NCBI RefSeq assembly: GCF_964355755.1
Contig: NC_092675.1
Span: 30,600,912-30,664,911, forward strand
DNA from: Antedon mediterranea
Lineage: Eukaryota > Animalia > Echinodermata
Direction of reading: 5' to 3'
Length of the DNA: 64,000 bases
The position numbers and the translations under genes were made by a program. The notes under the pieces are model-generated. The model was not told the origin of the DNA. It saw only the letters and a program-made list of their open reading frames with translations, and did no database searches. Below, in pieces: positions 37,201 through 49,200 of this stretch (within the stretch, counting starts at the first letter, position 1; every line of letters starts with the position of its first letter).

Positions 37201-40200
37201 TGAGCAATAACAGTCTAAAGGAAAAGAAAAGCTTACATTGAAGAGAGATTTTAAGTTATTAAAAAGAAAGACAAAACATAGAATAATAATAATCAAGATG
37301 TTTGTACATTGATAGACAAGAAAGAGAAACAACCTAAAAAGAGAAAATATAATGTATTGTAAAAACAAATTACATTAGAAACTGTAACATTTAGTTTTTA
37401 TACAGTAAAACCTAATAAGGGGACACATTTTGAACCCTCTTAAGCTCTGTCTATACTAGCAATTTTATGTGACCAAAAAATGTGATGTGCCCATATATAG
37501 ACATGATGATATCATATCACTACCCTATTTGGGCACATCAGACCATTTTTTTCAAACTAGTTTGATAGTGTAGACAGAGCTTAATAGAGGGTTCTTCATT
37601 TGTTTCATTGAAAGTGTCCCCTCTAAAGAGGGTCTTACTACTTATATATTTTGAATAAAATATGTACTTTCCAAATACAGGATTGTTTTTAGACTTGCCC
37701 CAAGTCTGTATTTTTTTTATTTATTTGTTTTTATTTCGACCGTGATTTTTGTCTGAAAATACAGACTTGTGAAACACGTATAGAAATCGATTTGCAAAAA
37801 GGCAAACGTCTGATAAGAATGACGTAGTTTATCATACCGTATTTGGCTATATGGGGCGGGCGGTATGTAAATATGGATTTCGAATCAACCAATGATCATT
37901 TTGTTTCAAAATGAAAAAGATCGAGTACGTACAGTGCTGAATGTACGATCGAGACTGTTGAAATATAAAATCGTAATGCCTAGTTGTTTTGTTTATTAAT
38001 TGTTTAGTCCTTGGCCTAGGCCTCTTTCGTAGGTCCTACTCAATTCGCACGTATGACCTGCCAAATAAAACGCCAATAAAGTAGGCCTACATACCACCAC
38101 CGGCGGCACACAACAACAGGGCTACACCACCACACAGAACAGGACAGGGTCTGGGTGGGAATTAAATCAAAATTATCTCCGCGTAATAAATGATCCATTC
38201 AATGTTTGATTTGCGGAGAAGCTAGCCTATCATATCAAGACGAGTTTTCATGTTCTTGGGAAAAATCCCATCAAATGTTTACCAGACTACTAGGCATATA
38301 AAATAATTTCTAGCCTTCAGAAACTTTCATAAATGTACCCAAGTACACATTGTCTAAACGTAACATAGCGCATGCGCATCATCTTAGTTGTTGAGTCTTT
38401 GAAATTCTGAAATATGAATATTAAAACAGTGTACGAGTGAGTAGCCAATCGCATGCAGCTGAAACTAGTCAACCGGATAATCGTATGCACCAAGAATTCT
38501 TGGTGTCAAACCACGTGACTTGTGCGTGTTTCCCCAGACGGAGTATCCAAAATCAAGTAGTATACGTATGAAACGCCATATGTGCCAAAATATTTATCTT
38601 TTTACTAATATTAAGACAAAACTCCGTCTGGAACCCAGACTAGATTGTTTTGTTTACTGTGAGTTTGGGAGAGTTGATTCGTAGAGTATACAAAATATTA
38701 CTTAATAAAACAGATGCAATAAATAGGTGTTCATTACCAATCCCTTCAGGGAATTCTTTCACAGCCATTTGGTAAAAGCTTTTTACTTGCATTTAAGGCA
38801 AGGTGAATAGAAATCATCACAATGGCTGCTGCACCCATAACACACCTTTATGCTTTTATTTTACAGTAAAAAATTTTTTTTTCAATATTTTTCCAACTTT
38901 ATCATATGTCAAAAAGTAAAGTGTGGGTGTTTTACACTATTTATAATGCAAGTGAACAGTTAAATTTCGGTCTAGCATATGAAAGTTCAGAAATTAGAAA
39001 ATCAAAGAAAATTTGTTGCGTTGAAAATAGAGAAAGATTGAGAAAAAAGGTTTTATTTTTAGTAGGAAAATGAGAATAATATGAATTAAACAGTTTATAT
39101 TGAGAAAGCACAGCAGCTGCAATGTCATTGAGTCACTTACACTTGTATAAGATGAACAGCTGTGAAAAAAAACAGCCATTATATTATTCACTGTAAACAT
39201 GTGACTACCCTAACACTCTACACCTAACAACACACTTTCACTTTTTTAGGGCAACTTTTTATGTCACATGACTTGCAGCACTATCCGCTCTAACATTTTT
39301 TTTTTCCAGAATATTAATGTTTTTATTAATAAATGTTATTTATTTACATTTTTCCAAGGATAATCAATGTAAAAGATGTTAAAAGTTTTTATTAATCTAA
39401 TATAGACAAAAATCTTAATCTCTATAAATACATCAGATTTAAATCCAATATGTTTTTTAAAAACGAGTACAAATCTGGAAAGTAAAAACATGTTTGCAAT
39501 TTAACTTTATTTATACAATTTAGTTTAGGACTATTAAATTTAAAAAAAATTATGTTTGAGCCTGAGATAATAATAATAAAATGGTATTAAGTATGTTAAA
39601 TAGATAAACATAATGATTAAATCGAATAATAATAAAATAATTTATAATAACTGGTACTTGATATAGCGCATTATGCTGAAAGCCTCAATGCGCTTTACAT
39701 AGACAGACAAATTTAGAAAATTAAAAATTTAAAAGGTGGGTTTTGAGGAGAGATTTGAAGACACTGGTGGAAGTTGCCCGACGGATGTCAATAGGCAACG
39801 CATTCCAAAGAAAAAAATGGAAGCAGAAGAAAAACAACGATTTCTTTAAAACTTAGTGGAAGGATGAAATATATGGGCAAGAGGAGACTCAGATCCTGAT
39901 CTCAGAGACCGCTTAGGAACATAAGGTTGAAAAAGTTCAGAAATGAACTTATAATTAATTGTAATAATTTATAATGTTGACTATCGCGGGGCATAAATAT
40001 AAAAACTATTGTGTGAAAATAAAGAAATAAGTTGAATTTCTGAAGAGACTGATTTTAAAGTGCGAGCTGAAATCAAATGCAGACTGCTGCTGCAGGAGAT
40101 ACATGCTAGTATGTGTGAATAATATCACTGTTAGGTTTGTCTATGTTTGGATACCTCAATTACCAATGCTTAATGATGCAAGATATGAAACATATGGATT

Positions 40201-43200
40201 CTACTATAAGATATGCATTATATCAAGCTAAACAACACATGTTGTACATTAATATTATTATTGCCATTTGTAAAACATATTTTGTATAATGTTATAATTT
40301 TTTGTTATTTCATCTTGAAAATTTAGTTATTTTATTTTCACATAATTATATCTACAGTAATTTGTTCAAATATAACTAATTTGTTTATTTAATTATTAAT
40401 TATATTACATGTATATTTAATATACTCTTTATATTGTTGAATACAACACTTTTTACCCCTTTCACACGCCTAACTCTTTCCCCTTCACACGCCGAACTAA
40501 ACTCTGGCATTTTGTATGGTCTGTGCTTTGGTGTGTGTGTGTGCATATATGTAAACTCCAGAGTGTTGCTAGGCAAACGGATATTACATAAAAGCTTACT
40601 GTTACTTGCTGTTGGTTTTTAAATAAAATAAAATTATTATTATTATTATATAATAATAAATTGCCATTGGGATTGTCATTAAATTATTAAATTGCCATTT
40701 TATATGTAAATACCTGTTGTGCGTTGATTTTATCAGTGGTAACCTCCTTGTGATTAGAGTACTGTACATAAACTGGTCTACCACGAATCGTTACAGATAC
40801 ATGTGTGTAGTAGTTTACCATTGTGGCTGCTGAGTTTTCATCAGGCATCTCAAGAAAAGCCTGATGACAAATACAAAATATAAACATTAAAATTGAGTAA
40901 TAATTTCTCCAATTTTTACTTCATTTTAGTACTTTACTTCAATTATTATGAGCATGTTAAATTTAATACTAAATAATAACACCTATGACACATAATATTA
41001 ATGGTGACTTTAATTAAGAACTTATTGACTAATTTGAGTGGACAGAACTTAAGACGTCAATATCATTGACCAAACAGCACAAAAGGTTTGACCAGTACTA
41101 TTCAACAAACTATCTAAATAATTTAATAAAATACAATTTAGCAAAAACAAAATCAAGCAACGTATCTTTCGGCTTAATCCGATAAATTGCACACGAATAC
41201 AAACTTGATAACATACATTTGTATTGTAAAACATAATCAATAGTGGATTATGAGAAGGTCATTGTTTTTGTTTCATAATTACATGCTTTAATATGTTTTC
41301 TCAATTTGTTATCACGAGATGTTTTAACAAACAACGAGCATTATGTTATCTACAAAAGCCTGTTGTGAGTGAGTGGCTGATGTAAAGACAGTTGAATCCA
41401 TAGCCATATCGGCTATGGTTCGGTGCTCACTTGTTCCAAGAAGGTACAGGGTATAGACAATACTTGTATGCACAGTCAAAGAACCAAAAAACTGAGTAAA
41501 TCTTTCGAGACGAATAGGGAGTTATTGCTATAGTTCATAAGTAGGAGAAAGAACAAGAATTGGTAGCACCGACCTTCAATGACCCCCAAAGGAAAAGCAC
41601 ATAGTTTAGTTGACCACTAGGCAGTCATCATTTATGGGCCATGTTGCACACAGAATCAACAGCTAAATGTCTCATTCAAAGAATGAGTGGTGTTTAGATG
41701 AGAGTAGATTTAGATATCAAAGGAACACTCACCTGTCGTTTACCCTTTAAAATAAGCACCTTTGTAGGTTTGGCAAAGGGCATGCCAAGACCTATTACGT
41801 CTGCTTCTGTTGTACTATCATCTAAGTTTCTGATGTGTACCACTTTTGATACCACAGGCTTATCTCGTTTTACCTGTACACACATGCAAATTAGAACATT
41901 AGAAGAATTACCATATGCACAATTACAAAATATATTTCAGAATTAAACAGCATATAGATCGTGGAATTTCGTTTTACACAAACCCATTATGCATATTGTA
42001 ATGCATTAAAAAAAACTTTGGAATATCATTCATCATACATCAATTGTAAAAAAAATGTTAATTTTGTTGTACCAACATATGTGTAATTTTAAATTAAAAT
42101 GATATTCTAATAGTAGATGGGTTTAATGATTGGTTAAATTTGAATACATTATGCGCAGCAAGTGGATTGTGATAATGAAAATCAAGCTGTCTTCTAGTTG
42201 AGTTGCTTTCTTTGGTATTCACCATTAATAGTCTTTTGGTTGACTGAACATTCACAATCTTTTTATTCTTTTATCATCAAGTTAACTAGCAGAAAAGCTT
42301 CATAAAGCAATCACTGAACTCCTCTGCACAATCTTTATAATACTGCTATTGCGCAACATGTTCTTTCTTAAGCTCTGTCTACACTATCAAACTAGTTTAA
42401 CAAAAAAGTGTGATGTGCCTAGATATGGTAGTGATATGACATCATCGTGTCCATATATGGGCACATCACATTTTTTTTGCCACATAAAGTTTGATAATGT
42501 AGACAGAGCTTTATTCAACTAGTTAATATATTCCCTAAAGTATCTGCTATATTTGAAATTTATTATTATATTTTTAAAGAAAAATCAAATGTAATATTGA
42601 GAACTGAGCGAGTCAATTATTTTGTACTGTACCATTGCAAGCAGTTGATGCCATTTTAACATTTTCAAGTTAAACTTGGAAATTTACATTTTTTTTCGAA
42701 AATTCTGTGTCAAGACATACTTCTGGTTGTTAACCTTTTGAATGCAATGAATTGATGGCGTTGTGTTCAACTCTTTCAAAATTTATAAAGCTCGGCAGGC
42801 AATTACTAATTCAAACTTCATTTAGTTTTTATGAAGCTTGCATGGAAATCTAAAATATCATATTTTATTTAACCAATAATTTCAAGTTTTTATACATAAA
42901 AAAAGTGAAAACAAAAAATACAGTTTAAAATAAAAGAAATAGAATATTGAAAAAAAGGCACAAGCATGATTTAAAAACCAATATATTAGCTGTTACGTCA
43001 AATGCTCCCATCTCCTCTGTAGATAAGATGAAAATAGTATAAAAGCAAGATAAAACCAGTTACATGCAATAGGGGTGATGAAAGAAAGATGAGGGGGTAA
43101 AGTTGCATTACCTTCTTAGCATCATTGGCAATAGACGAGACACAGTCAGAGTGGTTTGATGGTGGTATGACGTTAGTAGTGACGCAATCGCTAGATGTCT

Positions 43201-46200
43201 GATTTAGGAGCTCATCAGACCCTCTCTGTGAGATGGAGAAAAAATACAAGGTGATGAGTGAAGTATAGAAAAACAAAAGAGGATGCGATATCCAAAGAGG
43301 TTGCCATAACAACTAAAAGAATCCAGCAGCAATTGTCATAACAATGATATAATGCTATAATAACCCTTGAAGATGTAGCAACTATTGAGCAACATATAGG
43401 AATGTCACTCAAAATAGTTTCTTCACCTAAAAAATGGTTATCAGAACACAAAACAAGGTTGCCATAACAACCAAAGAGGATTAATAAAGTTATGCCATAG
43501 CAACCACATGATATTAAGAATTTTCAGAGAAAATATAACAATAGGCAGAGTTCAAAGTATCCATGCTGTGAAATGATTTTAAATAACAAACAAGCTTAAA
43601 ACATGCATTCTGTAAAAAATTAAAATAAATAGCATAACATACAATTTAAAGATGTTGTTAATTTGACAAGATTTTAAACCCTCTCTATACAATAATATAA
43701 AACACAAAAAAATATCTAGCATTAATTATGACTTAAAGATTTAGGATGTTAGTCCATAGTTTATGTTAAAACCCCTTACAGCAGTGTTAACTAGGTGAGG
43801 TCAAATGGGGGTTGTGACATACTAGTTACTACCATTTAGTTCTCAGGGTTACTTGTAATGACAAGGTCAAAGGTCATTAACCTTGTTCAATTATTTATTT
43901 CACATGTCTGGAATTCTCTGCATAAAAAATGAACTCCACTCCCAAAATTATAAGAAAGGCCTAGTTTTTTATGTTTGATCATAATAAAATAGTGAACAAT
44001 GTAGTCAAAAAGCATGATTGTGGTTTAGATTTAAATGTCGTCAGGTGATTGACGGCTACTGCTTCATTAGTTATCAAACCTTACAGTTTTACTTTTAACT
44101 AAATTTAAAATAGAAAACTAAACTACTTTGCGAGTAGGTTATGTATTGTTCTTTTGCATTCCTTGTTCACTACTTTTCAAAGTGAAATTCAACCCTAACT
44201 GCAGCATTCAGTAACATCATTATATCCGCTTAGTACGTTCAGACACAGTAGAGTAAAGCGTGCATTTACAACATATTTAAGTCGATTTATATCCTTTCAT
44301 ATTATATCCGACGTGAGTAATCATGTGTTTGGTTAACCACGATCTTCAATGACATTATATAAAATGCCAATGTACCTCCAAAATGAGGTATGTTATATAA
44401 TGTACTGTACCTCACTCACACATTTGAATGCCTAACAAATTAAACTGATCGAATAACTGACATTTAAATAAATAAAGGGCAGCGCTTGTAAACATAACTT
44501 GTCATGTGACCAACAGCCGTATAATAAAATATAAATTAAAATTTTCAGAAAAGTGATAAAATTTAATCAAACCGCTTTTATTTTAATTTGTTGGTTATTG
44601 TATTGATAAAAGATAATCGCAAGTAAGAATTCCTCATGTTTTGGAAAGAGATTTATTAGCAATTGCTAGTCGTAAGCAATTACAGTAATATTAGAATTGG
44701 AAATTTAGTTTCTGCCAAAAGCCGCTTTTGATGGATAGTCAACTAATTTGAATTTCTCCATCAAAGGACAGATTATGAATGTGTTAATTACACCCTGTGG
44801 AACTCATTTTATACCAACAGAGGTTAGTTGTTATAATAACAATATATGTAAATAACAATTAAGATCTAATTAACAATTCAACTGCTATACTTGTGTACTT
44901 TGCTGTACTGCTATTGTACTTTCATCAATATTAGGTTACACTCATTAAAAAGAAATTAGTAGACCCAATGTCACTATCTCCATGTTTTCAATATCAATTT
45001 CAATATCTTTTTTGTAGGTTTATTATATTTTCAACAACAACAATCTTGATTAAATAAAAATTAACAATCATTCAAATTTACTGCCAGTAAATATCAATAC
45101 GAAAGAGAAAATAGAATAAACATTTTGGTTATTCACAAAGGAAAAATCATTATTGAGAAGAAACAAAATAATAACAAAATATGGTATTGAATCTTATATT
45201 CAACTCGCTACTAGCTGTACTTTATTTAGGCCTACCATCAAATAAAAAAAACAAAATTTTCAAATATTGAATACGAAACTCAAAACTTTTACAAATTTTT
45301 TTTAAAACAAACAGAAAAAAGTTTCTTTAGAATTTGTTATTGTAATAGTTCAGTTGTTGAATTCAAAGGTTTTTCTTTTCACCTGTATAAACAGTGGGAA
45401 ACCACAATAGAAAGTTTTAAGAAAAATCCTTAAGGCCATTCAAACACTCAATGTTACTGTCCTCAAAGAACAGTGAAGGGCCTAACGCAAGCCTTTATGT
45501 TACTCTCCTCAAAGACTAGTGAAGGGCCCAACGCAAGCCTTCATGTTACTCTCCTCAAAGACTAGTGAAGGGCCTAACGCAAGCCTTCATGTCACTCACA
45601 AAGAACACTGCTGAAAGTCCTAACGCAAGCCTTCACACTGCCTTATGATAATTATAACAAAACAAAGACAAAAATAAATGTAATAATTTCAATCAAAAAT
45701 CTAGTTTGGATATAATAATTTCTAAATAGTTTTTCAGAATTTAAGAATTTTTAGAGAACTAGTCTAACCAACAGCAAATCGTGAAAATAAAGAAACCTCA
45801 TGCTTACTATTATTTATTAATAAATTCAAACAACTAAAACAGGTGGCATTAACTAAATGTCACAACTGAGATGATTGGTCAACTTGCACAATTCTAATTT
45901 ACATAAAACTTTTGTACCAAATAAATATGTAGCAACTAGTATGTAATAAGCAGAGGGAGAGTATACAATGCTTAGGAAAGAGCATGGCTGATTTGAACAA
46001 TTAAGAAGATACGGTCACTGTTATTTAAGTATACTAAATTAAATTCTTACCAAACTCCGTTTTCTTGACATCTGATGCGATAGCTGTAATGCAGATTGCG
46101 GTGGTAGGCTATTACTAGCGATAGCGTAAACTGGTTGACCCATCCCCATAGGATCCGTTACGAGAAACATGATGGGTAAGCAGTAGGAAATGTGATGGGG

Positions 46201-49200
46201 CCTGGTTACAGTTGAGCACACGTAACCAGAGTGTATGTAAGGAAACAACAAGCCCGCTCCTTGTGGCTTACTTAAACAATGCTTGTCTAGGCAATCAGAG
46301 ATTTCTATGCTGTCACTCCTCACACAAAAGGCTTACTTTGCCATCTTTTCATAAGAAAATCAATGAGGCGTAAAGAACAGTGGAGCGCAAAGCAATGTGG
46401 GTGCAATAAGAACACTATGAATGCAAAGTCAATACACTGCAATGAACACAACCTTTTGGGAATAAACGCTAAATTAGTCCATTTTGCAGAGCTTTCATTA
46501 TATTGCATTATGGGTCAAAATATGAATAAAATATGAATTGCTTTTCTGGCTTTTGATTCTATAACATAAATATCAGCTTGGCAATATATGGTATATCGAT
46601 AGCTATTAGCGCGTATATTTTCACACGACGCTATGAGACAATCCGGTAGCGAGTGGCTCAACAATACTACGATATTTGGCCAATTAGCTCGCAATTATAA
46701 CACAAACATGAATTCCCGTGTGACGTTTGATGCGGGTTTAAGTTGAAAATGTGTTGAAATATACTCGCAAAGCATTTCACAGTTGGACGACCTAGACTAT
46801 CTTAGCTTTAATAATGCATTTTGCTATTCACTTTCTCAATACGTTGAATTAACAACTACAATAAAACGCGTAACGCACTCTATTAACAAATTCACATATA
46901 AAAGACTGAAATAGCTGGCAATTAGTTAGTTGGAAAATGCCTGGTTTAAGTCTTAAGTACTCGCAGTATTTCCCTCGGGAAGAGTTATGTCTACTTTGTT
47001 GCAAAAACAATACCTAATTAGTATGCATACTGATAAATATTTTTGAAAAAAAAAAACTATTTTTAGAATTTTAAATGGTGGTAGAAATATCCATAATGAC
47101 CTCAAGTTGTTATAATTATCAAATATGGATATTTCTAAATGTAAAGTATTTGTTATAATTATTTATAGTATTAATTAGTAGAAATTCTGGTATTGTAAAC
47201 TAACAGTGTATACAGGATAGGCTAGCTACATACAGTAAGGGTAGGTGTCAAAACATTACAGGTTTGATGACAATATAACAGTAGGCCTACATTCAGGAAG
47301 GTATTTTGAGTGGGTGCAAATTAAAAGCTGGGTGGAAAGAAGACATCAAAGGTGGTATTCCCACCTACCTCCACCTAGCACTATTACATCCATGTTACTA
47401 TAACTAGAGTATTTACGTCATGTCCGATTGTTGTTATTCACTGTGTTCAATAGGAATGCGTTGGCATGTATACAACTCTTTAAATTATAAATCTAGATAA
47501 AATAATTAAACTATTAATGGCAGTAAACTGTAGACCTTGTCTAGCAAGTTATCAGATAAACCAAATAATTACCAATAAAATAACTCAATATTAATATGAT
47601 GAGATAGCAATAAATAGACCAATCTGATATTAGCAAACAAATAATGAGTGGAATGGGGAGAATATTTCCATTAATGGCAACACCAGCCTTGCATTGCACA
47701 CAATTCTAAAAATGTGTCCTTACAAACAAAAAAACTGAGAGTGCAATAGTATTCAAAATTCTAAAAGATAGGAGAAATAATGCATGAATATCAACCAATC
47801 AATAACAAGATACAATAGGTTTAAATGTTATAATAAATACTGTAATATAGGTATATTTGTCTTTGGTTTTTAATGTTTCATATAAAATATATATTGGATA
47901 TTTTTTAAGTTTAAAATTTCTTTCATTCAAATCAAAATAACAAACATTTATGTCAAGTAACGCAGTAATAATATAGACTTCCTTCAGTACTTGAATGTGT
48001 AACAAAATATGCGACTAAGACTTGATGTATACTGGGCACTATAGAGTATGACATTGCCACGTTGTGGCTACAATTGCAATAGGCAAACATTAATTACTAC
48101 TCTGCTTCTAGGGGGCTTTTGTAATGCAGATTATATTAAGCACAGTAAGTAAATATTACAGAATTGAAAGCATTCTTTGTACTACAATGTAATATTATAA
48201 GGGTAGCAAGGGAAACTGAACCTAACGTTACAAAATATTATCAGCATGTAATTTGATATAAAATGATCTTAATTAAAAGAATTCATAATTGGTGATATTT
48301 AATTATAACAATTTCTAATACTTAATTAAATAATTTATTTTAACATTTTTTATTTTCTACGGAAAGGTAGAATTTCAATATGACTTCTTCTTTTCATATG
48401 AATACCCAAGAATGATTCTTGTTAAACATGCACCATAATGCCATGTATGAACTCTACGATACAGTAGTTAATAAAAGCCACAAAAATTGGAATTGATTTT
48501 TATAAGCTTTGAGCTGCTGTAGCCTACTTGTATCTCAGGTTCAATTATCGTGGTAACATGAAGCGACTTCTCAACAATGCCTCACGGTTGCACACTCTGC
48601 GTACAATGCCTCACGGTTGCACATTCTGCGTACAATGTATTAATTTATCACATTTTTCTTGGAAATGCAAAAAGTATATAAATCACAAGATCAATGTGAT
48701 TGTTGTAGATGTACACTTAATCACATTTCAGTGCCAAACAAACAAACAGTATGAATTTATAAACATCTACCGGTACTGTACAATTGTTGAGAAAAAACAG
48801 TTTTTATTGAAAAATCCCAAAAAGAACGTTTTTTTTCGCAACCAGTTTTGGTAGTTTGTTTTCAGTGACCATGTTGCAGGTTGATTTTTTCTGTTTAAAT
48901 TAAAGAAACTACGTTATTCAAAATACTTTTTTAAAACCATACTCTGTTACTCAATTTAGATGGGCCTAAAAAAAGTAACATTTTGGATTCAAGGTCACTG
49001 ACCATGTGCTCCATCATCAGCACATTAATGTAAGTTGATAACGAGTTAATGTAACAGCTTTCCATTATGTTTGTTAATATAGAGAGTAGCGTCTATTTGC
49101 TGATCTAATGTAATATTTATAAGGATTTCACGACTTTAATATGCTAGGTCATCTCACAATGCCGACTCAATCAACATTCTGAAATCTACCGACAACGTCT

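Noticed and set aside
37660-38690. CpG-richer block with internal inverted repeat ccagacggagt/actccgtctgg as a defined transposon
   Set aside because: It is probably repeat-derived, but I could not identify matching termini or a TSD.
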